Below, in pieces: positions 16,494 to 29,567 of a DNA stretch of 64,000 nucleotides. Both the position numbers and the translations under genes were made by a program. Origin of the DNA: an uncultured Solirubrobacteraceae bacterium (GTDB lineage Bacteria > Actinomycetota > Thermoleophilia > Solirubrobacterales > Solirubrobacteraceae); contig CAZPQW010000001.1 of the NCBI GenBank assembly GCA_964588985.1, positions 290,688 through 354,687 of the forward strand. The letters run 5' to 3'. Numbering within the stretch: the first letter of the stretch is position 1; every line of letters starts with the position of its first letter. Below the pieces are notes generated by a model that ran no database searches, was not told the origin of the DNA, and saw only the letters and a list, made by a program, of their open reading frames with translations.

Positions 16494-18785
16494 ATGAGCT
16501 ACTCACCGCAACCCAACTCGGGCGCATCCGCCGCGGCCGCGGTGGCCCCCGCCGCCGCCACAGCCGACTCCGCGCAACTTCGATCACGAGCGCAGGCGCT
16601 CGTGCGGCGCGCTCCGCGTCCGGAGCTGCTGGGAGTGATGGCGCTCGCGGCGGTGCTGAACCTGTGGGCGCTCAGCCGCAACGGCTGGGCGAACGCCTAC
16701 TACAGCGCGACTGTGCACTCGATGAGCTCCAGCTGGCACGACTTCCTGTTCGCGTCGCTGGACAAGGGCGGCGTGATGACGGTCGACAAGCCGCCGCTCG
16801 CGCTGTGGGTCCAGGCGCTGTCGGTGCGCATCTTCGGCTTCCACTCGCTCAGCATGCTCGTGCCGCAGGCGCTGATGGGCGTAGCGAGCGTCGCGCTCGT
16901 GTACGACCTCGTGCGGCGCCGCTTCGGCCGCGTGGGCGGGTTCGTCGCGGGTCTCGCGCTCGCGCTCACGCCGATCGCGGTGGCGGTCTCCCGCCACAAC
17001 AACCCCGACGCGCTGCTCGTGCTGTGCTGCGTGGCCGCGCTTTGGTGCTCCGTCCGGGCGCTGGAAGGCGGCCGGACGCGCTGGCTCGTAGCCGCCGGCG
17101 TGTGCGTGGGCCTGGGCTTCGAGACGAAGATGGCCGTCGCCTTCGCGGTCGTCCCAGGCATCGTGGCGGCGTGGCTGTGGATCGCGCCGGCGGGACGCGG
17201 ACGGCTGCACGCGCTGCGCCAGCTGCTCGCGGGCGGCGGCGCGATGGTGCTCGTCGGCGGCGCGTGGCCGGCGCTCGTCGAATTGACCCCGGCGTCTCAG
17301 CGCCCGTGGATCTCCGGCACGAGCGACAACCGCGTGCTGTCGCTGATCTTCGAATACAACGGCGTCGGCCGCGTCGACGGTCAGGCAGGCGGTCCGGGAG
17401 GGGGCGGCGGCAGCATGTTCGGCGGCACGCCCGGCCCGCTGCGGCTGCTCAACTCGGCCCTCGGCGGGCAGGCGAGCTGGCTGCTCGGCTTCGCGCTCGT
17501 GGGCGGCCTCGGGATCCTCCTCTCCACGCGCCTGCGTCGCTCGGATTCGCGTACCGGCTGGTTGCTGTTGGTGGGCGGAGCGTTCCTCACGACCGCGGTG
17601 CTGTTCAGCGAGGCGAGCGGGATCTTTCATCCTTATTACGTTTCTCTGCTCGCGCCGTTCGTGGCAGCGCTCGTGGGCGCATCCGCCGCGCAGCTGATCG
17701 ACGGCAGGCTCCCGGTGCGGATCGTCGGGCCGCTCGCGATCCTCGCGGGCGTGGTCGTGGAGCTGGTCGTTCGCGGCGACTACCCAGAACAGCTCCGGTG
17801 GCTACCCGCGGTGCTGATCGTGGTCGGCGTGCTCGCCGCGATCACGCTGGTCGCCTTCGGGACACGCGAGATACGGATGGCGGCCGTGGGCGGGGCGCTC
17901 GTCGCGCTGCTGATCGCTCCGTCGGTGTGGGCGTTCGACACGCTCGGTCACGCCACCAGCGGCACGTTTCCCGCAGGTGGGCCGGCGTCGGTGGCCGACG
18001 GCGGTGGTCCAGGCGGCGGCTTTGGTGGATTCGGCGCCCGCGGCGGAGCGCGCAATGGCGCGGGCAGCGTCGGTGCAATGCCGCAGCTGTTCGGGCCCGG
18101 CGGATCGTCCTCGACCTCGTCGGGGTCTGCGTCCGGCGGCGCTCAGGCCGGCGGTCCGCCCGAAGGCGGCGCCCCTCCCGCCGGCGCGTCCGGCGCGACG
18201 CCCACCGGCGCCCCTCCCGCCGGCGCGTCCGGCGCGACGCCCACCGGCGCCCCTCCCGGGCTCCCTGGTGCGGGCGGCTCGTTCGGTGGTGCGCCGGGCG
18301 CCGGTGGATTCGGCGCCGGCGGGCCCGGCGGCGGCTTCGGCGGCGGTTCGATCAAGCAGGCCCTCGCGTATGTGAAGGCGCACGGCGGCGGTACGATCGC
18401 GGTGTCGAGCCAGTCCAGCGCGGCGTCGGCGATCCTCGAAGGCGCCACCAACGTCGCGGGCATCGGCGGTTTCTCCGGCCGTGAGAGCGACGTGAGCGTC
18501 GCGTGGATGGCACAGGAGGTCAGCGCGGGCAAGATCCGCTGGGTGGTCGGCGAACAGAGCGCAGCCGGCGGCGGCTTCGGCGGACGCCTGCCAGGCGACA
18601 CGCGCACGGGCTCGAAAACGGCGATGGCGGCCGTCGAGTCGGCGTGCACGAAGGTGACGCTCCCGGCGAGCACCACCGCGGCGAGCGAAGCGATCGCCGG
18701 CGGTGCGACTAGCGCAGCGACGGGCTCGGCGGCGAGCACCCTCTACGACTGCCAGGGCCGTGCGAGCGCGCTCGCGCACGCCTAG
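16494..18785 (+). CDS. ArnT/PMT (GT39-like, YkcB-type) membrane glycosyltransferase
   Basis: NAYYSA...SWHDFLF, TVDKPPLALW, RHNNPD, RPWISG, many TM helices, Gly-rich periplasmic loop. Confidence 0.88.
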   Translation: MSYSPQPNSGASAAAAVAPAAATADSAQLRSRAQALVRRAPRPELLGVMALAAVLNLWALSRNGWANAYYSATVHSMSSSWHDFLFASLDKGGVMTVDKPPLALWVQALSVRIFGFHSLSMLVPQALMGVASVALVYDLVRRRFGRVGGFVAGLALALTPIAVAVSRHNNPDALLVLCCVAALWCSVRALEGGRTRWLVAAGVCVGLGFETKMAVAFAVVPGIVAAWLWIAPAGRGRLHALRQLLAGGGAMVLVGGAWPALVELTPASQRPWISGTSDNRVLSLIFEYNGVGRVDGQAGGPGGGGGSMFGGTPGPLRLLNSALGGQASWLLGFALVGGLGILLSTRLRRSDSRTGWLLLVGGAFLTTAVLFSEASGIFHPYYVSLLAPFVAALVGASAAQLIDGRLPVRIVGPLAILAGVVVELVVRGDYPEQLRWLPAVLIVVGVLAAITLVAFGTREIRMAAVGGALVALLIAPSVWAFDTLGHATSGTFPAGGPASVADGGGPGGGFGGFGARGGARNGAGSVGAMPQLFGPGGSSSTSSGSASGGAQAGGPPEGGAPPAGASGATPTGAPPAGASGATPTGAPPGLPGAGGSFGGAPGAGGFGAGGPGGGFGGGSIKQALAYVKAHGGGTIAVSSQSSAASAILEGATNVAGIGGFSGRESDVSVAWMAQEVSAGKIRWVVGEQSAAGGGFGGRLPGDTRTGSKTAMAAVESACTKVTLPASTTAASEAIAGGATSAATGSAASTLYDCQGRASALAHA
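18168..18257 (+). repeat. Intragenic 39-bp tandem repeat, about 2.3 copies (GAPPAGASGATPT)
   Basis: ggcgcccctcccgccggcgcgtccggcgcgacgcccacc occurs twice exactly, followed by a partial third copy. Confidence 0.9.
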
Positions 18786-18800
18786 CGGGACAATCAGCCC

Positions 18801-19475
18801 GTGAGGATTCTGGTTGTGGACGACGACCGCGCGGTGCGCGAAGCGCTGCGGCGCACCCTCACACTCGCCGGCTACGACGTGGATCTCGCCGAGGACGGCG
18901 AGCAGGCGCTCGAGCGAGCGGTGCAATCCGTCCCCGATGCCGTGGTGCTCGACGTGGGTCTGCCGGGCATCGACGGGCTGGAGGTGTGCGCGCGGCTGCG
19001 GCGGCTGGGCAACCGCGTGCCGATCCTGATGCTGACCGCGCGCGATGCGGTCGCCGACCGAATCGACGGCCTGGATGCGGGAGCCGACGACTACATGGTC
19101 AAGCCGTTCGACGTGGGCGAGCTGAAGGCACGCCTGCGCGCGCTGCTGCGCCGCGCGAATCCCGAGGCGGACACGGACGCGCTTGCGTTCGCCGAGCTGC
19201 GCCTCGACCCCGATCGTCACGGCGCGCAGGTGGGCGAGAGCTTCGTGGAGCTCACGCGCACCGAGTACCAGCTGCTCGAGCTGCTGATGCTCAACCCGCG
19301 CCGCGTGCTCTCGCACAGCCTGATCTACGACCGCGTGTGGGGCTATGACTTCGGCCCGGCGTCCAATGCGCTGCGTGTGTACGTGGGCTATCTGCGGCGC
19401 AAGCTCGAGGATGCGGGCGCGCGCGAGCTGATTCACACGGTGCGCGGCGTGGGCTACGCGCTGCGTGAGCCGTGA
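18801..19475 (+). CDS. OmpR-family response regulator (MprA-like)
   Basis: ILVVDDD, LDVGLP, GADDYMVKPF, LTRTEYQLL, YVGYLRRKLE, TVRGVGY. Confidence 0.93.
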   Translation: MRILVVDDDRAVREALRRTLTLAGYDVDLAEDGEQALERAVQSVPDAVVLDVGLPGIDGLEVCARLRRLGNRVPILMLTARDAVADRIDGLDAGADDYMVKPFDVGELKARLRALLRRANPEADTDALAFAELRLDPDRHGAQVGESFVELTRTEYQLLELLMLNPRRVLSHSLIYDRVWGYDFGPASNALRVYVGYLRRKLEDAGARELIHTVRGVGYALREP

Positions 19476-19503
19476 GCAAACGACCCAGGACCATCTGCCG
19501 GCG

Positions 19504-20970
19504 ATGACGCTGCGCACGCGGATCGCGGCGGTGGCGAGCGTGTCGGTGGCAGTCGCGGTGCTGGCCGCTGCGATCGGCCTGTACGTCGCGGTGCGCTCGG
19601 ATCTGCGCGGCGAAATCGACAGCGCGCTGCGCGCCCGCGCGCGGGCGTTTGCGCAACCCCTCGCCGCTGGGCCGTATGGGGGCGGACCGGGAGCTGGACT
19701 CGGCGCCCTCCAGCCCGGCGGACCGCAGCCAGACGGCAGCCGGCCGGACGCGGACCGCTCCGCCGCGGGAGGCGCGCGGACGGGCGGCTTTCCCGGCAAC
19801 GTGCAGCCGGCGCCGTTCGGAGCGGCGTCGGGCTACGTGCAGTTCGTCTCGCCGCAGGGACGGGTGTTCGTGCCGGGCGGCCAGGGAACTTCGCCGACGC
19901 GGATCGTGCTCACATCCTCGGACCGTTCGTTCGCGCGCTCGGGCAGCGGCAGCAGCCTGACGGACAGATCGGTCAAGGGGACGCACCTGCGCGTCCTCAC
20001 CGTCGGCACCGGCGCGGGCGGCGCGGTGATGATCGTGCGTCCGCTCACGGAGGTGGAACACGAGCTGGGCAGACTGCTGCTGATCCTCACGCTGATCGGC
20101 GCGGGCGGGATCGTGCTGGCCGCGTTGCTGGGGACGCTCGTCGCCCGCACGGCGCTCGCCCCGATCGCGCGGTTCACCCGCAGCACTGAGACCCTGACGG
20201 GCGACCTCGACCTGTCCAGACGCCTGGAGGTGCGCGGCCGCGACGAGCTGGGGCGCCTGGCGGAGAGCTTCAACGGCACGCTCGACGCGCTCGAGCGCTC
20301 GGTCGGCGCTCAGCGCCAGCTGATCGCGGACGCCAGCCACGAGTTGCGCACGCCGATGTCCTCGCTGCGGGCGAACATCCAGATCCTCGGCGAAGCGGAG
20401 AGGATGGGGGCGCAGGAGCAGGAGAGCCTGCGCTCCGACATCGTGGCCGAGCTCGACGAGCTGACCGCTCTGGTGGGCGACGTGGTCGAGCTGGCCAGAG
20501 GCGCGGCGCCCGAGATCGAGGCAGAAGACGTACGTCTGGACGAGCTCGTCGGGGGCTCAATAGAGGCCGCCCGCCGTCGACGCGGAGATCTCCACTTCGA
20601 GGTTCAGCTGGAGCCCACGCTCGTTCGCGGTCAAGCCGACCGCATCGCAAGGGCGGTCTCCAACCTGATGGACAACGCCCGCAAGTGGAGTCCCGCCGGC
20701 GGGACCATCGAGGTCGAGCTGGCCGACGGCGTGCTGAGCGTGCGCGATCACGGGCCCGGCTTCGCGGAGTCCGACCTGCCCCTGGTGTTCGATCGCTTCT
20801 ACCGCGCGCGGGACGCACGCGGCCTGCCCGGCTCGGGTCTGGGACTCGCGATCGTCCGCCAGGCCGCGGAGGGGTGCGGCGGCTTCGCGGAGGCGTCCAA
20901 CGCGCCCGGAGGCGGGGCGCTGCTGCGCGTGGGATTCGGGCCGCGGTTGCAGCTCGACATTGCCGGTTGA
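19504..20970 (+). CDS. HAMP sensor histidine kinase (MprB-like); alternative start GTG 19465
   Basis: Two TM segments, HAMP (DELGRLAESFN), ADASHELRTP, NLMDNA, DHGPG, GSGLGL. Confidence 0.92.
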   Translation: MTLRTRIAAVASVSVAVAVLAAAIGLYVAVRSDLRGEIDSALRARARAFAQPLAAGPYGGGPGAGLGALQPGGPQPDGSRPDADRSAAGGARTGGFPGNVQPAPFGAASGYVQFVSPQGRVFVPGGQGTSPTRIVLTSSDRSFARSGSGSSLTDRSVKGTHLRVLTVGTGAGGAVMIVRPLTEVEHELGRLLLILTLIGAGGIVLAALLGTLVARTALAPIARFTRSTETLTGDLDLSRRLEVRGRDELGRLAESFNGTLDALERSVGAQRQLIADASHELRTPMSSLRANIQILGEAERMGAQEQESLRSDIVAELDELTALVGDVVELARGAAPEIEAEDVRLDELVGGSIEAARRRRGDLHFEVQLEPTLVRGQADRIARAVSNLMDNARKWSPAGGTIEVELADGVLSVRDHGPGFAESDLPLVFDRFYRARDARGLPGSGLGLAIVRQAAEGCGGFAEASNAPGGGALLRVGFGPRLQLDIAG

Positions 20971-21181
20971 TGGCGGCGCGCCGGCGCGCGAAACGCGCTA
21001 AGTTCGATCAACTCGCATTTCAGCCGGGAGGCGTATGCTGAAGCGGAGGGATATAGGGGCTTGACTGCAGGAAATACGCAGCGTTCGTCTAATACGACGA
21101 GCGAAGCCCCGCAACTTTGGGGATTTGGAGGAGTCACAAGAGGGTAGACGGCAGGTGCACTGGTTCTATAGGGAGGTTGGC

Positions 21182-24100
21182 ATGGGGTCTCGCGTTCGTT
21201 CTTTGTTCTTCGCGCTGCTGGTTGGTGCGCTTGTTGGGATCTCGGCGCCAGCCGCGCTCGGTGCTGTGGGCATCGAAAAATTTGTGGCGGTCAACTGCCA
21301 GGAAGGGTTTGAAGAATGCGCTGAAGAAAGCTTCGGCCCCTACTCCATACCCAAGGAACCCACCAAAGAAGAAGCCGAAGAAGCCGGCTACACCCAGGCC
21401 GGTGGACACGTGCCCTATGGCGTCACCGACTTCAAGGTGACAACGGTGGGGGAACTCGCCAAAAACGAACAGGTGCCGACCGGTGTGGTGACGCACATCA
21501 GAACCGACGTCGCCCCGGGTCTCGCGACCAATCCGTTTGCCACCGAACAGTGCACGATGGCTCATTACGACGGCTCGGCGAAAGAAGAAGAAGCGATCCC
21601 GGGCACAGGCTTCTATGCGAAACCCACTTGTGGAGCCGAAAGCATCATCGGCGAAAACAAGGTGACTGTCTACGCAGGGCCTGCCGGCGACGTGCCGATC
21701 ACAGGCAACGTCTACAACCTCGTGCAGCCGGAAGGTCTCGCGTCGGACTTCGGCGTGGCGCTCAAACTCCCGATCCCGCTCACCAAAGGCGCGCTCGAAA
21801 AAGCGTTCGCGGAAAAAGGCCACCCTCTCGGTAAACCCACCGAAGAATTCCTCGAGGAACAGCAGTACTACGCCCACACCTTGATCGAAGGAAACGTCGA
21901 ATGGGGTCAGGAAGCGAAGGGCACGAACCAAGGCGACTACCACGACTACTTCGAAATCGACGTCTCGCCGGCGCTGCCGCTGATCAGTTCGCGTCTGGTC
22001 TTCTACGGCCGCAGCGGTGAAGGCGACTTCGTCACGAACGCGACCAGCTGTCCTGGACACAACACCACGACACTGCATCTGACCGAAGCGGGAGGCACTG
22101 CAACCCAGGCCTACACCAGCCCGGTCAGTCTCTCTGGATGCAGCGCAGTGCCGTTCGCACCGACCTTCGCCCTCACCCCGGCGACGACCGCGTTCGACCA
22201 GCCCGACGGGTTCACGACCGAAGTCGGCGTACCTCATCAGACGGGCGAAGAAGAAATCGACAGCTCACAGCTGAAAGACGCGACCATCAAGCTTCCGGAA
22301 GGCATGACGCTGAACCCGTCGGCCGCCCCCGGGCTGACCGCGTGCACGCCAGCCGAAGCACGGATTCACAGCTCGCAGGCCGGCATCGGATGCGCGAAAA
22401 CCGCTGAGCTCGGCACGGTCAACCTTGATGTCCCGACGCTGCCCGATGGATCTCTGAACGGCAAGATCTACCTCGGCGGCCCGGAAGACGAAAAAACGCA
22501 TGCGCTGCTTCCGATCACCGGGCCTCCGTACACCATCTACGTAGACGCGGAGTCCAAGCGCTATGGCGTGTCGGTGCGCATCAAAGGCGAAGTGACGCCC
22601 AACGAAACCACCGGGCAGCTCACGACGGTGTTCTCGGAAAACCCCGAACAGCCGTTCACGAGTATCGCGCTGCAGTTCAAGGAAGGCGCGCTCGCGCCCG
22701 TCGCCAACCCGCTCACATGCGGGAGCGCTACTAGCGAAATCAGTCTCGTTCCGGTCGCGAAACCATTGACGTCAGCCGTCCTGAAAGACGCGTTCACGGT
22801 CGACAGCAACGGCGCCGAAGGCGCCTGCGCATCGCCGACTCCGTTCGCGCCGACTCAGGGCACCGCGACACAGGTTCCGAGCGGAGGAGTGCACACGAAC
22901 TACACGTTCGCCCTGCAGCGCAACGACGGCGAACAGTACCTCTCCAAAGTCACGACGACTCTCCCCGCGGGCCTCGTCGGCGCGATCCCCGCGGTGGCGC
23001 TGTGCACCGAAGCTCAGGCGACGGCCGAAAGCTGTCCGGCTGAAAGTCTGATCGGGAAAGTGACGGTGTCGGCCGGCGCGGGCCTCACGCCCGACACGCT
23101 CACGGGCTCGGTCTACATGACCGGTCCGTATGCGGGAGCGCCGTACGGGATGTACATCTCCGTGCCGGTCGTCGCCGGTCCGTTCAACCTCGGCAACTCG
23201 ATCACGCGCGCAACGGTCAACATCGACCCGAAGACGGGTCGCGTGATCGTGAGCAGCACGCTGCCCACGATCGTCAAAGGCGGCGTACCCGTCCGTCTGC
23301 GCAAGCTGAGCCTGGAGATCAACCGTCCGGGCTTCCTGACGAACCCGACGAGCTGCGGTTCGCTGGCGACCGAATCGACCGTGACTGGGCTCGGCGGCAC
23401 GAGCGTGAGCCTGTCCACCCCGTTCCAGGTCGAAAACTGCTCGGCGCTCGCATTCAAACCGTCGTTCAAGGCGGCCACGAGCGGGAACCCGACCAAAGCG
23501 GGCGGCGCGAGCCTCGAAACGACGATCGCCCAGACGGCAGGCCAGTCGAACATCAAATCGGTGGTGGTGCAACTGCCCAAGCAGTTGCCGTCGCGTCTGA
23601 CCACGCTGCAGAAAGCGTGCGGCGCGGCGACGTTCGACGCCAACCCCGCAAGCTGCTCGCCCGAATCCGTGGTCGGCAGCGTCCGGGCGACCACGCCGGC
23701 ACTGCCTGGCAAACTCCAGGGCGTGGCCTATCTGGTCGGACACGCGGGGGCGGCGTTCCCCGATCTCGACCTCGTGCTCGACGGCGACGGCGTGCGCGTG
23801 ATCCTGGTCGGAAACACGGACATCAAAAACGGCATCACCACGACGACGTTCGCCACCACGCCTGACGTGCCGGTGACGAGCCTCACGGTGAACCTGCCGA
23901 TGGGCCCGCATTCGGCGCTCGCGGCGTTCGGCAGTCTGTGCGCCAAACCGCTCGTGATGCCGACGACGATCGTCGGGCAGAACGGCGTGACGGTCAAACA
24001 GAACACGATCATCAATCCGGTCGGCTGCGGCGTGAAGATCGTCGGGCACAAGGTCATCGGCAACACCGCCTACCTCACGGTCCAAACCCCGTCCGCGGGC

Positions 24101-24304
24101 CGCGTTAGCGGCAGCGGAGCGGGCGTGGGCACCGCCTACCGCCGTCTCGGGAAGGCCTACAAAGCGGCGACCGTGAAGCTCTCCCTGAACCGCAGCGGAC
24201 TGAGCCGCCGCAAGCCGTTCAAGGTGCGCCTGCGCGTGGGCTTCGTGCCCACGAGCCACAGTCGCAAGCCCTCGACGGCATTCGTGACGGTCACGTTCCG
24301 CTGA
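21182..24304 (+). CDS. Large secreted protein (1040 aa) with four Cys-containing repeated domains
   Basis: GGGAGG RBS and signal peptide. Repeated segments VAPGLATNP..C, LPEGMTLNP..C, LPAGLVG..C, LPKQLPSR..C and NATSC/NPLTC/NPTSC. Basic C-terminal domain. Confidence 0.85.
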   Translation: MGSRVRSLFFALLVGALVGISAPAALGAVGIEKFVAVNCQEGFEECAEESFGPYSIPKEPTKEEAEEAGYTQAGGHVPYGVTDFKVTTVGELAKNEQVPTGVVTHIRTDVAPGLATNPFATEQCTMAHYDGSAKEEEAIPGTGFYAKPTCGAESIIGENKVTVYAGPAGDVPITGNVYNLVQPEGLASDFGVALKLPIPLTKGALEKAFAEKGHPLGKPTEEFLEEQQYYAHTLIEGNVEWGQEAKGTNQGDYHDYFEIDVSPALPLISSRLVFYGRSGEGDFVTNATSCPGHNTTTLHLTEAGGTATQAYTSPVSLSGCSAVPFAPTFALTPATTAFDQPDGFTTEVGVPHQTGEEEIDSSQLKDATIKLPEGMTLNPSAAPGLTACTPAEARIHSSQAGIGCAKTAELGTVNLDVPTLPDGSLNGKIYLGGPEDEKTHALLPITGPPYTIYVDAESKRYGVSVRIKGEVTPNETTGQLTTVFSENPEQPFTSIALQFKEGALAPVANPLTCGSATSEISLVPVAKPLTSAVLKDAFTVDSNGAEGACASPTPFAPTQGTATQVPSGGVHTNYTFALQRNDGEQYLSKVTTTLPAGLVGAIPAVALCTEAQATAESCPAESLIGKVTVSAGAGLTPDTLTGSVYMTGPYAGAPYGMYISVPVVAGPFNLGNSITRATVNIDPKTGRVIVSSTLPTIVKGGVPVRLRKLSLEINRPGFLTNPTSCGSLATESTVTGLGGTSVSLSTPFQVENCSALAFKPSFKAATSGNPTKAGGASLETTIAQTAGQSNIKSVVVQLPKQLPSRLTTLQKACGAATFDANPASCSPESVVGSVRATTPALPGKLQGVAYLVGHAGAAFPDLDLVLDGDGVRVILVGNTDIKNGITTTTFATTPDVPVTSLTVNLPMGPHSALAAFGSLCAKPLVMPTTIVGQNGVTVKQNTIINPVGCGVKIVGHKVIGNTAYLTVQTPSAGRVSGSGAGVGTAYRRLGKAYKAATVKLSLNRSGLSRRKPFKVRLRVGFVPTSHSRKPSTAFVTVTFR

Positions 24305-24327
24305 GCGCTTTGCGCTGAAACGATCCT

Positions 24328-24357
24328 CTTGGGGGGCGGCCTATGCCGCCCCCCAAG
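24328..24357 (+). terminator. Intrinsic terminator-like hairpin
   Basis: Perfect 13-bp stem CTTGGGGGGCGGC-ctat-GCCGCCCCCCAAG, 24 bp after the stop of the large secreted gene. Confidence 0.8.
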
Positions 24358-24449
24358 TAGTTTCGGTCCGAGCCTCGAGGTTGTGTCTTTTCGGCGTACG
24401 TAGCGGGTTTGTGCTCGCCAATGACCACCCCATGCCGTAGATTGACCCC

Positions 24450-25517
24450 ATGGATGTCGTAACGGGTACGGATACCTCGTCGTCTGTTGGCGTCGATCGC
24501 CTGCTTGCAGGCATCCGCCGTCTGACAGCGCTGGCCGACAGCGCGTCGGACTCCGACACGATCTACCGGGCGCTCGCCGGCGAGCTGCTGCTGGCGCCGG
24601 GTGCGGAGGAGGTGCACGTGCACCATCTCGTCAGTACCGGCGAGGAGGAGCTCGTGACCGTGTACGTATCCGAGGGCAACGGGCGTCTCAGCTACCTGAC
24701 GCCGCGCGCCGAGCGCCCGCCGGGGGTGAGCTGGGTGGCGAGCACTCAACAGAGCTTCCTCGCAACCAGCGCCGCGGAGTTCGCCGCGAGCGTGCCGCGG
24801 CTGGCGGAGACCGGCACGGTGAGCTGTGCGCTGCTGCTCCCGCTGGCCGAGCGTGGTGAGGTGGAGGCGGTGGTGGTGATCGTGCGTCGAGTCACCGGTG
24901 TGCTGACCCCCGCCGCGGTGGAGCTCGCCACCGGCCTCGTGGAGCACGCGGCGACGACGCTCGCGCTGGTCCGCGCCCGCGCCGAGGCGGGCACAGACGC
25001 GGTCACCGGCTGCATGAACCACCGCGCGATGCGCAGGCGCCTGGACGAGGAGATCGGGCGCGCGATGCGCACCGGCGGGCCGCTGTCGTGCCTGCTGATC
25101 GACCTCGACGACTTCAAGCTCGTCAACGACCAGCACGGCCACCAGGCCGGCGACGCGATGCTGCGCGGCGTCGTGCAGGCGCTCGTGGGCGAGTTCAGGG
25201 CGTTCGACCGCGTGGCCCGCTATGGCGGCGACGAGTTCGTGGTGATCCTGCCGAACGCCGAGCTGGAGAGCGCCGCCGCCGCGGCGAGCCGCGCCCTGGA
25301 GCATCTGCGCGGCATCCCCGCAGGATCGGGCGGGATTCGACGCGGGATCCTCGCCGACAGCGGCATCGGGCGGGGCGTGTCGGCCTCGATCGGCGTCGCG
25401 CAGTGGCAGGCGCCGATGGGCACCGACGAGCTGCTCGAGGCGTGCGACGCGGCACTGCTGCGCTCCAAGCGCCAGGGCAAGGGGCGCGTCACGCGCGCCT
25501 CCGAGCTCGTCGTCTGA
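24450..25517 (+). CDS. GAF-GGDEF diguanylate cyclase
   Basis: DAVTGCMN, IDLDDFKLVNDQHGHQAGD, RAFD (I-site), RYGGDEF. Confidence 0.92.
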   Translation: MDVVTGTDTSSSVGVDRLLAGIRRLTALADSASDSDTIYRALAGELLLAPGAEEVHVHHLVSTGEEELVTVYVSEGNGRLSYLTPRAERPPGVSWVASTQQSFLATSAAEFAASVPRLAETGTVSCALLLPLAERGEVEAVVVIVRRVTGVLTPAAVELATGLVEHAATTLALVRARAEAGTDAVTGCMNHRAMRRRLDEEIGRAMRTGGPLSCLLIDLDDFKLVNDQHGHQAGDAMLRGVVQALVGEFRAFDRVARYGGDEFVVILPNAELESAAAAASRALEHLRGIPAGSGGIRRGILADSGIGRGVSASIGVAQWQAPMGTDELLEACDAALLRSKRQGKGRVTRASELVV

Positions 25518-25601
25518 CGCGCCCACGGCGCCGACGCTGAGGTCGTGACGGCGACTCTGCGAGACTGGAAACTCGACCTGTAGACCGCGGATCGCCGGGA
25601 G

Positions 25602-28459
<2,858 letters not shown>

Positions 28460-28463
<4 letters not shown>

Positions 28464-29533
28464 GCGACGAGCGCGCACCGAAGATCCTGCTCGACCTGCT
28501 CGCCGCGCGCGGGCCGTCGGGCTATGAGAGCGCCCCCGCGGGCGTGTGGCTGGAGGCCGCCGGGAAGTTCGCGCAGACCAGCAGCGACGTGGTGGGCACG
28601 CCGCTGGCGATCGTCGGAGCGAAGCACGGCTTCGAGGTCGAGCCGCGGCGGCTGCTCGTGATGGGCCACATCGACGAGATCGGCCTGATCGTCACCCACA
28701 TCGACGACGAGGGCTACCTGTGGTTCCGCGAGGTTGGCGGCTGGGACGCGCAGATCCTCGTGGGCCAGCGCGTGGTCCTCGACACGCGTGAGGGCCCGGT
28801 GAAGGGCGTGGTGGGCAAGAAGCCGATCCACCTGCTGCGCGACGAGGAGCGCAAGAAGGTCGCGGAGATCCGCGACCTGCACATCGACATCGGCGCGAAG
28901 GATGGGAAGCAGGCGCGCGAGATGGTCCGCACCGGCGACGTCGCCGTGATCGACGCTGCACCAGAGGCGCTGCCCAACGGGCGCCTCATCTCACGCGCCC
29001 TCGACAATCGGCTCGGCTCGTTCGTGGCGCTGGAGGCGGCGCGACTGGTGGCTGAGGCGGGCGGAGCGCAGTGGGAGCTCGCGTCGGTGGCCGTAGCCCA
29101 GGAGGAGATCACGTTCGGCGGCTCGCGCACCAGCGCGTTCTCGCTTGAGCCCGACGCGGCGATCGTGGTTGACGTGACCCACGCGACCGACGCTCCGGGG
29201 ATCGACGTCAAGGAAGCTGGCAAGCACGAGCTCGGTTCGGGCCCCGTGATCACCCGTGGCTCGACGATCAACGAGCGCCTGTTCGAGCTGCTCCACGAGA
29301 CCGCCGAGGCGGAGAAGATCCCCTTCACGGTCGAGGCGTCGAGCCGAGCGACGGGCACCGATGCGGACGCTGTGCACCTCAGCCGCGGAGGGGTGCCCAC
29401 CGCGCTCGTGTCGATCCCGATCCGCTACATGCACTCGCCCGTCGAGCTCGTCCAGCTCGAGGACGTCCATGCGTGCGCGAAGCTGATCGCCGCGGCCACG
29501 CTGCGGCTGGAGCGCGAGCAGGCGTTCAGCTGA
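28460..29533 (+). CDS. M42-family metallopeptidase
   Basis: [43 protein letters not shown]. Confidence 0.92.
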
Positions 29534-29567
29534 ACAAGAGGCCCGCTGGGCCGCGGGGAGCACCGGA

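Noticed and set aside
18168-18257. Exact 39-bp repeats as a possible CRISPR array
   Set aside because: Head-to-tail with no spacers, in frame within a Gly/Pro linker, and no cas genes.
19465-19504. Possible frameshift at the kinase start (the GTGA at 19472 leads to a quick stop)
   Set aside because: In-frame starts at 19465 and 19504 give an intact kinase.
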